A DNA stretch of 64,000 nucleotides, from the NCBI RefSeq assembly GCF_020745735.1, contig NW_026867487.1:4667239-4731238 (forward strand), written 5' to 3'. The notes under the pieces were generated by a model. The model saw only the letters and a program-made list of their open reading frames with translations. It was not told where the DNA came from and did no database searches. Every line of letters starts with the position of its first letter. Within the stretch, counting starts at the first letter, position 1. Positions 47,203 to 62,139 of this stretch are shown piece by piece. A program made the position numbers and the translations under genes. This stretch comes from Hemiscyllium ocellatum. Its lineage: Eukaryota.

Positions 47203-50200
47203 TTCCTGTTCCTTGGATGCTGCCTGACCTGCTGCGCTTTAACCAGCAACACATTTTCAGCTCTGATCTCCAGCATCTGCAGACCTCACTTTTTACTCAG
47301 TGCCTTAAGGAGGGTAGCGCAACAGACGCACCTTGGTGTTCAGGTGGACGGTTCTCTGAAACTCACAGTTTGACAGGACAGCAAAAAAAAGCTTTTGGCA
47401 CACAAACCTTCATCAGTCAGGGAATTGAGTATAGACGTTGTGAAGTTATGTTGCTGTTGTACAGGAGATGATGAGGCCGTAATTGGAGTATTGTGCTCAG
47501 TATGATCACCTTGCTCTATGAAGGATTTGTTAAAATGGAAAGAGTGCAGAAGAAATTTACAAGCATGTCGCCTGAACTCAATGGTCAATTTAGAAGGAGA
47601 GATTGGACAAACAAAGATTTATATCTTTCGTGTGTAGGAGACTGAGGGAAACGGGGATTGGGGTGTGGATCTTATCAAGATGTCTAAGACCATGAGGAGC
47701 ATGGACGGTGTGAATGAACTCAATCTTTTTCCCAGGGCTGGGGAATCAAGAACGAGAGGGCATCTGTTTAAGGGGAAAGAATAAAAGGGAAACCAACGGG
47801 CAACATTTTTAACACAGGTGGTGGTACTCATGTGGAATGACATGCCAGTGGAAGCGGTTGAGGCGGGTACATTCACAACATCTAAAGGGATTTAGATAAG
47901 TGCATGGATAGGAAAGGATTAGAAAGATACCGGCCAAGTGCAGGAAAATGATGCTAGCATGGACAGACGGCATGGACCATTTCAGTCAGAGGACATGTTT
48001 CCCTGCTGTAGGACTCTATGACTCCCTCCATTTTTCAATCAGAGACGAGGGAAAAGTTGTCTGTCAGAGCATTGTGAGATTTGGGAATGTCCTTCCTCAA
48101 AAGGCAGTGATCTTCACTTGAGAGATGTCCCGAACTGATTCTGAATGTCTTCACCGTAACTGAGGGAAGGATGCTTTCAAAGTAGTTGTCGTACAGAAGG
48201 ATAATACATTCCAGGCCTGGAGTGTCGCTCAAAAACTGACCTTTTGAAGCGTAGTCAGTATATTTAGGAAATCGGGAATCTAATTTAATTGTTATGGATA
48301 TTGATGCAAATACAGATTTATTAAAATGAAACAGTGCTGAAGGAATTTGCACGCATGTTGCCTGAACTTAATGGTCTAATTTAGAAGGATTTCCATGACA
48401 GAAGAAATTTATAGATTTACATTTCCGAATACAACTGCATGAATGGAATCCCTGCACAGCCGTATGACCTGCAGTTCCTGGAGGTATCCCAAAAGGTCAA
48501 TAGCGTATCAAAGTTCATAAAATTCCGGATTTACCTGTCCTTTATTCCCAAATTAACAGAGAGTCCGGCCGGGTTTCTGTACTTAACATAAATTATTATT
48601 CATTATAAATGAATTTATTCCAGATGCAGGTTAAAAATTATGAAAGGATGATATATAATTCAATCGGTTGCAAGTCTTACTGCCATGAACAACTACCACC
48701 CTGTATTCCTTTAGTGCAGAGAAATCAGGCATCCAGAACTGGGCTGGCATTTTAATGGATCCTGTCTCAGTGTTCGCTGTGTTGACGCTTCTGGTTGTAG
48801 GACTTGTTGCTTCTTAATCTGTTTTCTCCAGGCACATTTGCTGAAGGTGGTACACAATGTTTCACACTGATCACGCCTGTCACGCACACACTGTATAAGT
48901 GTGTGAGCAGATGCTGCTGTACATTTGAAAAATGCAATGCGTTGCTGCCATTCCTCTGACATAATCCCCAACGATTTTTCCACTCTGCCTGTGCATTGGT
49001 GTGTAGCCACCAGGAGAGGGTGGCATTGTGTCACTTTCAGTACAGAGAACCAGGGAGAGCTGCTTTGACCAAACCTAACTGTCTGGTAGAAGTGATGGTG
49101 ACCAGCCTTCTTGAATGTCTACACTGCTTGCTGAGTTGGGGCACCTACATTGTTGTTAGCAAGACATTTCCAGGGTCCTGACCAAGTCGTGCCGTGTATG
49201 GCCTGAGAGTGAAGTGGCCCCATTCATCTACTGTGTTTGTCTTTCTAAGGAGTAGAGGGAATGAGAATGTTCTGTTGTAGGACAAATTACTGCAATGCAA
49301 TGTTGCAGCCATAATTCTGCAGCTGTGCATTAGTGATAAGACAGTGAATATTGCTGCTGATGCAGGTGTCAGTCCCGTATGTTTTTGTGTTTTTCTGCAT
49401 TTCATCGACATGAGGAACTTCTGCAGTCCAAATTTATGATTGACCTGATATTCCATGCATCTTCCCTTTACCCCTTTACGCGGACTTTTAGTCATCCTTT
49501 CTTTAATTTTAAATTACTTTGAATCCTTTCACTTCTATGTTTCTTGCGGCCTTGCAAAGCGTACAACATGGGTATTTTCAATCTTTCGCTAGCCACAGTT
49601 CAATTATTTTCCAACTACATGTTTCTGTTTTCGTGGAACAAATAATAATTACAAACTATATAATACCTCTTCAACCACTCAGTACTGTCTGTGTACTTCC
49701 AAATCATTCTGTGTATTTTGGCAATCCATCATTAGCATTTTCCGACTCCAATTTTCATTGTTTCCATTGTTCAGGTTTCAGACTCTATTTACAGAATGAA
49801 TGATGCCACTTTGAAACTTGATTAAAACTTGCACAACATTACTTTCTGTATTCAACAGCACCTATGAAGAGCAAGGTTATTACGGCCTGAAGTGTCACCT
49901 GAAATAGTAAACTTATGATGGACACTATTGCATTTAACATGGAGTTAGAAAAGATTAACAATGATTAAAGCATCCTGGGAAATCGAACTCTGCCTTGACT
50001 AAAGTGACGATGCTCATCCACATACTGCAGAATCCAGACAGGTTACAGGTGCCCCCAGATGGTTTGCATACAAACCTGAGAGCTGCAGACCCTGCAACAC
50101 ACACCTGAGGTTGGAGTTGAATGCAACAATGGAATGCCGCCCTCGGGGACAATTTGAAATAGTGAAAGATTCGCTGGAGAGAGAGGCGCCTGACACCCTT

Positions 50201-53200
50201 ATTTGGAGGAGGTTACGTGCACCCAGCGTTTACCATATTGGATGCCTGAGGGCCAACCTGCCATCAACGTGCCAACACCTGGTTGGGTCTGATCCTTCAG
50301 GGTAATCGAACCTGATTAATCTGTTGGAAGATCCTCAACACCCTCCCAAAAAGGCGTGAAAACTCGGAAGGAGAGCAGTCAACACAAAATCACACCCAGG
50401 ATGGTAACTCGAGAATAACCACCGAAGGAGAAGACACCGTCAAGACATCGGAAGTGAAGGGAGGCATCATTACATGGAGCCTGGTCAAGTTTGAATGTGG
50501 TGGTACACGAATGTACAAAGTTAAATTAAATCATAAGATATGTCGTTGTTCTTTTTTTGATGGTTTATGGTTCTCATATTAATTGTGTCCAATAAACGAA
50601 AATCATTTTCTGTTAGAGTCGACTCACGGTTCTTTTGCTGTATCGAAGAACTTTAACACACTGTGTGGCAGGTACAACATTATGAATTTTTCTCCGTCTT
50701 TAACCAATGTTAAACCTAAAACAAGCTGATTTTGATTTGGTCCTTTAACGGTTTGCTTCAGAAAAGTTCATAACAAACTCCAGAAATTCATCTCCCACAG
50801 ATTTCGTCAATGGATTTACAGCTAGGATAGGTAATTGAATCACTTGCCACAATCCTCCCATATTCATGGTTCCTCCTTGACAACGTTATCTTTGTGTCTG
50901 CTCAGGAGGTGATTGATTGAATCCATGACTGCACATTAGTTGAGCATAGTGTCTCCTTGCTGTGAATGTTTGTCAAACTTCTTGATGAGTTTAAATTCCT
51001 TTCTCAGTAAGGCTGTGATTGCATTCATAATATGAAACACAATTTTGGATGCTGGAGATCTGAAACACATAGATGGTTGTGTTTGTGATTTGTTCCTCAC
51101 TGAAAATAAAGTGTCAGATATAAGTTTCCAGTTTGAAAATGGCACTTCATAATTAGAGTAATAATCATAGAGTCAGAGAGGAGTACTGCATGAAAACAGA
51201 CCCTTCGGTCCAACCCGTCCAAGTTATCCAGATATCCCAATTTAGTTCCACTTGCCAGCAACCGGCCCAGATCCCTCTAAACCCTTACTATTCATCTACC
51301 CATCCAAATGCCTCTTAAATGTTGTAAATGTACTAGCCTCCACCGCTTCTTCTGGCAGCTCATTCATACACGGAACACCCTCTGCGTGTAAAAGTTGCCC
51401 CGTAGGTCTCTTTTATATTTTTCCCCCCTCACCCTAAACCTATGCCCTGTGGTTCTGGACTCCCACACCGCAGGGAAATGACTTTGTCTATTTACCCTAT
51501 CCATGTCCCCCATAATTTTATAAACCTCTATCATGTCACCCCTCAGCCTCTGACGCTCGAGGGAAAACAGCCCCAGCCTTTTGGTCTCTCCCTATAACTC
51601 AAATCCTCGAACCCTGGCAACATTCCTGTAAATCTTTGCTGAACCATTTCACGTTTCACAACATTCTCCCAACAGTTGTACCTGTTTGTATTACCGTCCT
51701 GATTTATGGGCAAAAACACATTTGAAAGCAGTTAGGTGAACTCTGTTATAAAATTGCAGGTGGAAGTGCAAGTGAAATGCATCTGTGGAGTTCTTCAATA
51801 ATGATAATAGTTTGAATACTAGATAAAGAAGGGCATGCATTGTGTCCAAGAATTTCCTTTTGTCGTGATATGTGTACCTACACACTGACCTTTGAGATAT
51901 GCTCATTCCTTCTCATGAATTAAAATGAACTGAAATGCATTAGCTGAAATAAAGACCAATACACCTTCAATGGGAACTTTCAAAATAAAACGGGAAGTAT
52001 GTTTGGAAAGCAAAACTTCGGAGAAAGATTACAAAAGCAGGTGGAGAACACCTTTTAGTATTTTAGCTATGTTATTATTCCAGAGAGTCAGTTAATGTCC
52101 TGGGAAACAGGATACGAGTCCCTCCAAAGTAGATGGTGAAATTTGATATGCATAAAATTAAATATCTGAAATTAAGAGTCTAACAATGACCATGGCAACA
52201 TTGTCGATTGATTGACGTGATTCAATAATGGACTTCCGGAAATCCTCTGTCCTGTCCTGGTCTGGCCCATATGCGACGACAGACCCACAACACGAGTGTA
52301 ACAAGCTACTCTATTGATAGATATCAGAGAGTTCCTGCAGTGTGAAAACGGGCCATTACAAGTCCACACCTCCCACCGAAGAGTTACCCACCCAGAGTCA
52401 ACCAATAAATCCGCATCTCCCCTGATGAACCCTATCTACACATCCCTGAGCACTATGTACAGTTTTAGCATGACCAATTCACCTAGCCTGCACATATTTG
52501 GATATTGGGGGAAACCAGAGCACTTGGAAGAAATCCACGCAAACACGAGGGAATGTGCAAACTACATTCACACAAGGATAGAATCGAATGTCGGTCCCTG
52601 GTGCTGCGAGGCAGCAGTGCGAACCACTGAGCCACCGTGCCGTCCACGTCTAACAATCTTCTTGAATTATCATCAAAGGTATGATCCACATGGCGTCAGA
52701 AAAATAAATAACTGCAGAAAAAGTAATGTGGACTCTGCAAAGTTGTCCTTACGAACATCTGGGAAGTCGTGCCAAAGTCGGAGAGCTGTCTTACAGACGA
52801 GTCAAGCAACAGCCTGACAAACTCAGAACAATAGATTCATATCTGATAGACAACATCTAAGACACAACAGCCACCATCCCTGTGTATGTCCCATCCCACC
52901 GGCAGGATAGATTGAGCTGAGGTAGCCAGGCCATTGCATGCAGTCAGGAGGGAGTTGCCCTCACAATCATCGGCATTGTCTCCAGACATTATGACGTTCC
53001 ATGGCTTAAGGTTATTTATGCCCAAGTATTCTCCTGCTGATTAACGCATACTGTATTACCTTGAGTGATAAATGACTCCATATTGTTTGTTTGTTTGTGT
53101 GTGTGCGTGTGTGTGTGTGTGTCACTCTTCTTATGGTTGCATCAAATTGCTTTGCGGAAGCAGTTCTCAAGGGCGAATGACGTCATTCTGTTGCAATTCA

Positions 53201-53878
53201 TCATGTCCTCTGTAAGTAACGTAATCAATTTTCACTGCTAAAACTTCCAGATCTGATGCAAAACTGTCTTTGAAAACTGATGTCATCTGAATCTGATTGG
53301 TGGGGTTTTTGATGCAGTGAAAATTTTAAACTGCATGGGACGAAAATTGTTTCTGTTTGAAGTCAGCAAACTGCCAAAACACAATGAGCCCCACTAGCAC
53401 CACAACCCAGATTCGAGGTCGATAACTGCTTGTCATTTCCTCGCTCAACTTCACTGTGGACATTGGCTGCGCAGATTGATTGAGACCCGAGTAATAAAAC
53501 AATTTTGCAATTTTTCACCTTTCATCTCACCTACAGAGAAAAATCTACCTCTATGAAGAGTACCCGATCGATTGCTGCTGAAAATATAGTGTAATGGTGG
53601 AAGACGATATAACGTCTGCAAGTATGAGAGAAAAGCAACAGGTTGAGCAAGACAGCCAGGGAAGAGATTGTAGAGAGTCAGCTCTATTTGGTCCTGTCTT
53701 AACTGTGATTGGTGCAATGTTGACGTCAGATATGAGAAACCACCCAGTTGGATCAAGGGAACAAATGTCTCACTTGTCCGGAAAGTGAAGGTTGTTTCTG
53801 ATCGGGTTTCAGCCCCGCATGTAAGATCGGAAGGTCAAAATATTTTGAAAAATACGTTGTTTACTGCCGAACCTGAAA

Positions 53879-54313
53879 ATGTGCTTTTTATGTGCTTTAC
53901 TGATAATTATGACAGTGGTGTCAGGTAAGTTCGACCTAAAATCATCAATATGCGCTTCACCAGTTCGATCTTCACATTTTTTACAACTTCATTATTTCTG
54001 TTGCAGGTTCGAGTGGCCAAGATTCAGTTTCCCAGCATCCACTTGAAAAAACGGTTCAGGAAGGAGAGACTGTAATCTTCAACTGTAATTACACAGCACA
54101 GATCACTGCTCCAGTGCTCTTTTGGTACATCCAATATCCCGGGGAAGCTCCGGGATATTTACTGAGTAGATTCAACAAGGATGAAGGACAGACGTCTCCA
54201 GCTTTCTCTGACAGGTTCTCTTCTACTCTGGACAAAAAGCAGAAAATGTTTCCTTTAAATATCACTGTTGCTCTTGTATCTGACTCTGCCGTCTACCACT
54301 GTGCGCTGAGTCT
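53879..54313 (+). CDS. TRAV: TCR alpha V, family a, copy C (leader 53879-53924, V exon 54007-54313; RSS 54314-54352)
   Basis: no difference seen from 34399-34833. Confidence 0.92.
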
Positions 54314-55376
54314 CACGCTGATAAAGAGTTGCATTCAGTCCATACAGAAACTATCCAGACGCACTCATGAGCCTCCTTTCCCTACTTGTACCCTAAGCCA
54401 CATTTCTGATGTGTCGCTGAATTGTCAACTGACAAGATATTGGAAACCAAACGAAAAACATCTGTAATCCAAAGATAACTCTGCCTGCATTTCACATTGT
54501 GCGTTTTTCTACATAAAACCTTCTTATATCGCTGTGCCCGCCGATGGCACGCAGTAATAGAAGAAGCAGAGGGCCATTTAACCCAACGAGCCCGCTTTGC
54601 CAATCATTAAGATCTATCCATTGTCTCGGCTCTTCTGACCTGCATTATCCCCATAACCCTTATTTTCCCAAATATGCAAAAACTCATTCAAATGTGTCTT
54701 GAATAAATTTAATGAAGCTGCCTCCTCTACTTCCTTTGGCATGGAATTCCACTGTCTCTGGGAAAAGCAGTTTCTCCTTTACTCAATCCTAAACCCACTT
54801 GCCCTAATATTGAGGCCACCGCCTCCAAAACCAGTAAATCTTTCCTCAAGTAAGGAGATCAGAACTGCGCACAATACTCCGGGTGCGGCCTCACCAACAC
54901 ATTGTACTGTTACAGCAGAACCTCCATGCTCTTAAATGCAATCAGCATTAAATATTAAGCACTAGTGAGCAGGGCTGACTTTGTTAAAGGGGAGAATTGA
55001 AGTTAGTGCTGCTGTCAGGTTTATTCAGTGATCAGCAAGCCCTGGCGTGGAGTATATTTTGGGTCGACATTGATAGATTAATGAATCAACAGGGACAGAT
55101 GTGAATTGAGTAGTCTGCCAGAAGTTGGAAATGATGTGGATCATATTGTTCGCTAGTGGAGCAGGTTGAACGGAACAAACAGCCTCCTTTATTTCGCACC
55201 GGACGTCCCGTGGTCAACATGTTGACGTCATTGACTGGAGATCAAAGCAGCTGTTAGCCGATATGGTGATTCCGAACCATTCAGCAGCGAGACCGGATAT
55301 GACACACTATTGACTGCCAGCTGAAAAGAATCAGCTTCAATTTTCTTTGTTCCCACTCACCATCTGCTCTGCAAAT

Positions 55377-55878
55377 ATGTCGACTGTTATTATTTATTCA
55401 TTTCTCACTACTACAATGTTCTTAAAAGGCAAGTCTCTGAGTTGTAATTTATTCTCTTGTGTTAAAATATCTATAGCAATTTTCGATTTATTTGTGTTCC
55501 CTCGATTACAGTATATGCGTTGACTCGGTAACATTCATAGTGAGCGTCACTTTATTTTTATATTTGCACAGGTGTTAATTGTGCCGATTCGATCTCACAG
55601 AAGCCGGCTACAGTGAGACAATTTGAAAGAGATTCAGTCACCATTCGTTTCAGATATTCGACCACAGATAGCATGCATACTTTGCAACTGTACCGTCAGG
55701 ACCCAGGGAAGTCTCCAATATTCTTAATCTACGTTGACAACTTTGGCAGTATTAACAGAGGAGAGGGGGTGTCCGATCGATTTTCTGCATCTTTGGACAA
55801 GTCAAAAAATGAGGGGAATTTCACCATCTATGAACTGCAGGTGTCTGACAGCGCAGTATATTACTGTGGACTGAGACA
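55377..55878 (+). CDS. TCR V, family b, copy C, lacking Cys23/Trp41 (leader 55377-55428, V exon 55572-55878; RSS 55879-55917)
   Basis: no difference seen from 35897-36398. Confidence 0.85.
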
Positions 55879-58800
55879 CACAGTGACAGGAACCAGGCTG
55901 AGCCTCGTGCAAAAACACTGCCAAAATGGAACCAAGAGCTAAATGTGGCTAGTCAAGTCGAGAGTAACATTTACTTCCTACCGTAATGCCTGAATGAACC
56001 AAGTTCAAATTTAAAAAATATATTTCACACCGAAAGGTCAATGGGTGCTGACTCCGAGAGGGATCTGTGTTCTCACTCTATGTTTAATACAAGTGAATAA
56101 GATGCAAACATACGATTAAAGAATTGATGACATTGGGCAAATGAAAGTGATTGCCATAGAATTACTGTTAGAAACATCTGGCATTGTGCTCCAGCCATTG
56201 AAGGGGGTGCACAACAGAAATCATGAATCATCAGCTTCAGAACTCCCTGCGACACTGAATTAAGTGACAACAGAAACTTGACTTCGAGCAATGCGATGTG
56301 ATGCGTTCAATATCCAAAAGCAAATCTGTCATTCTTCCTGATATACTTCAATTTAGCGTTTGCCCTCGGTCTGATTTTGATCATCCATTAGCTATTCCAT
56401 GTATCTGCAGCTTATGATTCCTCTGTGATTGATTATTGTTGTACTGATGTTTGCTCATTAGCTTCCTGTCTTGATAACAATGTCATGGCGCCATCTAATG
56501 ATGTAGATGCTTGATACTAATGCATGTAAATGTCTTTAACACTGAGAAAACTCTGATCAGTTTACTACAATTGTTTTGACTTTCTCTAGACAGGCTTCAG
56601 TGACCATTGTAAATTGATATTTCACGTCACATCCATTTGTTCCTCTGAATGTAATATTTCTGGAACGTTTGATCTGGGATATATTTCGTTCGAAGTTGGA
56701 GTTAGACATGAAAGAGCAAAATGCAACCATTTCAGAAGCGGACAGTTCAGAGTTGTGAGAGGAAGAATAAAATTGAGATTGTCAATGTCACGCCTCTGGC
56801 CTTCAATTTGCACCTGCATAGTGAAGGTTGGGAGATCAGATTATACGGAACCAATTTTCGCAAATGCACCTCAGTAGCCTGGAGAACATGGCGTTAACGG
56901 TGTGTTCTCTCAACCATTATGACAAAAGCTGTGAACAAAACGTTCTGAAGAGGAATCATATCAGACTCGAAAAGTTAACATAGTTTCACTCTTGACAGAT
57001 ATTGCCAGATCTGTTGAAGTTCTGTAGCTGTTTCTGATGTTATTGCATATTTGTCACCAATTACATCACCGTAATATTCCTTTGCAATGTTATCATTTTG
57101 TGATTTAACTTCATTTTGTTGGGGAGGGGGGAATGAAAAGCAGTCTTTGCAAAGATCTTCAAAATTGCTATGAGTGACTTTACTTCATGTCGGGGGAGAT
57201 AGTGAGGACTGCATTATTCCTGATGAAGAGCTTAAGATCGAAACGTTGACCCTCCAGATCTGTCTGACTTGTTGTGCGTCTCCAGTGGCACACATTTGAC
57301 TTTATTTCACGTCGCCACAGCAGGGTGTTGGGTGAAGTTTTCAATAAGCGATAATCACACTTCAATTGAACTTCTTTTAATTTCAAAAATATAGTTTACT
57401 CATAAAACAATATTTTCATGTATATACCTTGAACTAAAAACTGTTCCATTCTACACAGTTGCTTATCAAGTAAACACACAGAACGTTCGAGTTTGACTAA
57501 ATACAAACCAAAGACCTCTCCTGCACATACAACGCTGCTATTTACATATATTTGTCACACTAGGAAAGTCCGATAATTGAATGTACCCTCATTTGCCTTC
57601 AGCATGATGACCTCAGTCTATGGTCTTTCCCAACTGTGTCTTGGCAGTAGCTGCCCCAATTTTTCATGTGGACTTCAGCATGTAGTCCTGATCATAAGAA
57701 TATCTCAATGTGCAAAATCAGATCGAGGTCAACTCGTTATTCTGGAAGATGAACAAGGCTCAGCAGACCAAGTAGTGTCTTTCAATGCTTTGATGGTCCT
57801 CAAGGTGCAATTGATGCCTGAAATGGCGTGTGTCTGAGGGAAAAGACCATAGCGCACATGAAGCTGCTCAGGACGAGCATCAACAAAATTATTGCATTTT
57901 ACTCCAGACCTACTTGGCAAAGGCAAATTCGAGAAGGAGATGTGTGACAATCTCAAACCCTCGGCAGCCAGTTCAAGGGTGTTTGTGGTGACACAGGCGG
58001 ACCATGCATTTATGGTAGAGCCTTTCCCACCACCAGCCAAACGATGTCTTCAAATAGGGGTTGTATTGATAATGTTGTTTCAAATCTGAGGAAAGGGCAC
58101 GGGACACAAAACGTAAACTTTAATTTCTCTTCACTGATGCCACCAGACGTTTTCCAGAAACCCCCGTTTTTGTATCAGTATCAGTCCATTAGTTTCATGA
58201 CCCAAAGGGAAAATCTCTGCAATCAGGGATAAGTGTCCAGGCAGTTAAATAAACAGAATCCCAGCGGAGTCATATATCCAAGACTAAACAAAATCGATTC
58301 GAAAATTCCGAATGTTTGGATTACAATACCACCTGTAACTTTCTCTCAACCTAAGTCACCAATTTACAGAGAACAGTATATATATTATTTCACAGCCACT
58401 GTGTCAAAATTCTGGATCTCCCTTGCTAACAGCACTGTGAGTTTCCTTCCATCTCAAAGAGCTCAGCAGTCCAAGAGGCAGATCACCTCCACCTTCTCCA
58501 ATGCAATTTGTGGTCGTAATAGTATTCGGTTTCACTTAAATGTCGCCAGAGGCAGGACAGGATCCTCTCGTCTTTACACCATTGACATAATCAGGTAAGA
58601 ACGATTGAGATCAATCAACAAATTGAGGTGTCCGTTGAAGAATGTTCATTTCCAGACAGCCCAGCAAGCAGAAACCACATGCGAATAAGACTTCCACTAA
58701 TCACGTTGCCTCATTAATCTGCCATTATTGAGTGTGTTTGTTTGATTAGTGTTGTTCAGATTGGAGCTATATCCCACTTGCTGGTTGGTATTTGAAAGCA

Positions 58801-59299
58801 AGGCTGCGTTATCCTGGACCAACGAATCTGTCTCTCGCTATTTTGAAACGGTTAACATGCAGCTGCAGAGGCAGGACCTCAATACAGCACAAAATGTTTG
58901 ATGTTATTCAGGTTGCTCCGGCGGTGCACGTGGCCGATCAAAATCACGTGACCGATTATGGTTTCCCTCACCAAATGCTTTGGATTTTGTTGGACGTAAC
59001 TCGTTGCAGCATTTTCGCTATATCTCATTGCAGTAAACGTGGAACGCTTTGGGACATTTCAAAAGGCATGGACTCATGCATTCACTTTTCATTCACTAAA
59101 CTGACAGCTTTTGTTTATTTCAATAATATATTTATAACGAATAAAGTCATGTATTCAAGTGAAAAAGTATCAGATTTTACGCGAATTCGGGTACAATTTC
59201 AGATCCACTCTTGATCTCACCGTTTGCCTGACACACTGTCATGTTCAGTGACTCCCTGACAGTTTTTGTACAGTGTCGGCCCTGTTCTGAGTCTCCGTG

Positions 59300-60364
59300 G
59301 GGCGCAGTGCGCAGTAATACACTGCAGAGTCTGCCAGTTCTGTTTTCACCACTTTCAGGTTGATGGTGCTGTTCACATGATCGAGCTTTGAGGACAACCG
59401 GTCCCCTTGAAACCTTTCTGCGTTCGCTCCAAATTTGCTTCTCTGTAGCAGAATCTCCATGGAACCATTGGAATGTTGGAGGTACCAGAAAAGGTAAGGA
59501 GTGCTGCTTGTTGTCGTATAATTACAGAACAACTGGACATTGTCCTCCTCATTCACTGCAATTGAAGCCGGTGTCTGTGAGACAGAATCTCCTCGGCAAA
59601 GTCCTGCAAAAATCGATTGATCAATTTACTTGATTGATTTGTCACGTGTACCTCAGTGCACTGGAAAGCTTTCTTTACCAGCGGTATCGGCAGATCATAG
59701 AAAAGAAGGATGTACAGATAATAGAATGAGAAGAACAAATTTAGACAGAGGCAGACAGGTTACGTTTAAAAGGTCAACATTAGCAGGATCAGCACTTTAA
59801 GTTAGAGACTCTCGGAGAATCCGAAAATTACAGAAAATATTTCATTTTTCTGTTGCCGCAATCACCCCCTGACCTTGAACAATAACCTGCGAAATAAGTT
59901 CGGGAAAGAACAAAAATTAATTACATGCAACTCGGCAGCTATATTGGTAAAGGGATTTGACAGATTAAATAAAACCTCCTTCAGTACACGGGTCACACCG
60001 CCTAACAAGGTCATTTTCCATTTCGTTCCCGATCCTGAAGGGAAAACTGCAGATGGTATGTTAATTTATAACTCTCGCCTCTGTCAATGTATCTGAACAG
60101 ACCCCGTCCTTCTTAATTCCCAGCCTAAGTCTTCAACAGTCTTTCAATTGGGTCGTTTGCTAACTCATACCAAATAGTGCAGGTGTTGGATAAATTTGGT
60201 TATATTGATTTGGAGACAATGTATCACTTCTTCTACTTTGATGGAACTGTTGGGGTTAATGTAATTGTCGCTGTGGATATGAAAGAAAAAGATCATCAAC
60301 TTATCAACCTACCAGTTAGAACAGCTGCAGCTGTGAGGAATAAACACAATGCTCCAGGCGTCAT
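59300..60364 (-). CDS. TRAV: TCR V, family c, copy C (leader 60364-60313, V exon 59603-59300; RSS 59261-59299)
   Basis: as copy B except FR3 Ser for Cys and one RSS spacer base. Confidence 0.9.
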
Positions 60365-61801
60365 TGTTACCGAGAGATCACAGCGAATGTGAGCAGATCG
60401 AAGCTAAAGTAATTTTCGTCAAGAATTGCTAACATTTCCGGATCTCTGCCCATTGGTTCATTGTTGACAAAGGCATGAGGTGACAACCAATGATTGTCAA
60501 ACGCCTTTGTTCATTAATTCACACAATCAGCTTCACGCGCTTTGAACTTCATTTCATATGGCCACAAGAGAAAGGAACACCGTGAATTTATGAGCCAGAC
60601 GACGGGGTCTTGCATACACTTTGAACCAACATTGATATTTGGCAGTTTTAGGTTCTCTGCAGGCGAAGTCAGAGAAGGAACACAGTCCACGTTGTTCGAG
60701 TGTCAGAAGCAGGAATTCTGCAGATCAGCGAACAGCTCTCTGGCATTTTGAGATCTTCCATTCACCAGGCTGAGAGACAGTGTGTTAGAGTTTTTTGGAC
60801 ACAGTGACGATGTCCATTAAAAAAAGTGCATATTCAATTTCTTAAATACTTGAGTGGAATGTCGATTTTGCTGCATTTTCTGGTAAGATTCATAGCAATC
60901 GACATTTCTTTAATTTTACATTGTGCCATCACAAATGTATCAACGGTATCTACACCGGGTTCATTACAGCAAAAAGACAAAATGGTTCACTGCCGCATTT
61001 CCAACGTGCATTAGTGATGCATACAAGAGTTGCATGCAACACCCAAATACTGTAATATTTTTTGAAGGAACACATGATGACAGAGTTACTCTGAAAGTCT
61101 GAATGGGAATGGTGAGAGAGCAGCGGTACACATTAATAGAAATCCTGACAGAAGAGAATGTATTTTGTCAAAGACGCAAACGTAAATGGCAAGGCAAGCG
61201 GTGAGGATGGCACAAAGTGTCTGCGATAAGGACACAACGAATTCAAGTGAGTGGGACTACAGTTTCCACTGGAACAGGTATCTGGGAACGTTGCACCTCA
61301 AGGAAATGAACAGTTGAGTCGACGGGATGATGCAGAATGATTAGCTTATTCGAATCATTTTTGAGAGAACTGGAATGTGTAAGTGTTAATGAAATGTGAA
61401 TGATGTTAAAAGAAAGGCCATATTACTTTCCTTCAAGGTTAATTTATGACTTAAACTGATGTAATATTTAACGTCTATGCATGACACTCGTTATTTTTCC
61501 CTTTTATCTTTCAATAGTTTATCATCATTTCATCTTCTACATGTATTGTTACTTTATTTCCGCTCTTTCTCTCATCTTTTATTTCACTGATGTTAGCATA
61601 TGTGAATGTGCTTGCTTTATCTCCACCCAGACTTCCAATTCTCTTCACTTCGTGCACTCTTCCTGCTCGGTTGTTCTACCGCTTTTTCTGTTGCCGTGGT
61701 CCCCTTAACATCGAATTATACAGCCCTGAAATAATTGCATTGATGCTCAGCAGCGTGGCATAGGTTTTTGTTCAGACTCTCCCTCTGCTTGTAACACTGT
61801 G

Positions 61802-62139
61802 CCCTCACTGGCACAGAGATAGATGGCGGTGTCGTTAAGTCTGGTGTCTCGCACACTCAGGACACTGAGTTTGTAATCTGTCCTGACTGAAGCGGAGATC
61901 CTCTCATGTTGATCAGCTTCTCTTTTGGCCATCACCAGATGCTGGGGCGGCTGGTTCGGGAGCTGTCTGTACCAATGCACTGTGCGAAATGTCGTTGTTG
62001 TGGAGCACTCTATGGAAGCGTTTTCTGCCTCCTTAACAACTGTCCACTGAGCAAGTTGCGTGACTTCATCCTCTGCCGTTTTTACCTTGTAGATCAGAGA
62101 GGGAAGCAGGAAAAGAACTCGGTAAATTTGAGACATCAT
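61802..62139 (-). CDS. TRAV: TCR V, family d, copy C, single-frame leader-V (RSS 61763-61801)
   Basis: as copy B except Pro for Ser in the leader. Confidence 0.88.

Larger units (their letters stand above)
44817..47298 (+). mobile_element. Penelope-like retroelement, copy B, inactivated
   Basis: ORFs 45086-45487 and 45797-47227 (RT, GIY-YIG); stops at 45485-45487 and 45761-45763; perfect 15-bp direct repeat AGTGCCTTAAGGAGG at 44802-44816 and 47299-47313. Confidence 0.93.

Noticed and set aside
19860-62139. NAR-TCR, TAILV or IgH-like V segments and D/J segments
   Set aside because: All V domains look TCR-alpha/delta-like with 23-RSS; I found no 12-RSS, D or FGxG J motif and no IgNAR- or VH-type frameworks. 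Family d could resemble a leaderless supporting V, but it has an in-frame ATG and a hydrophobic leader.
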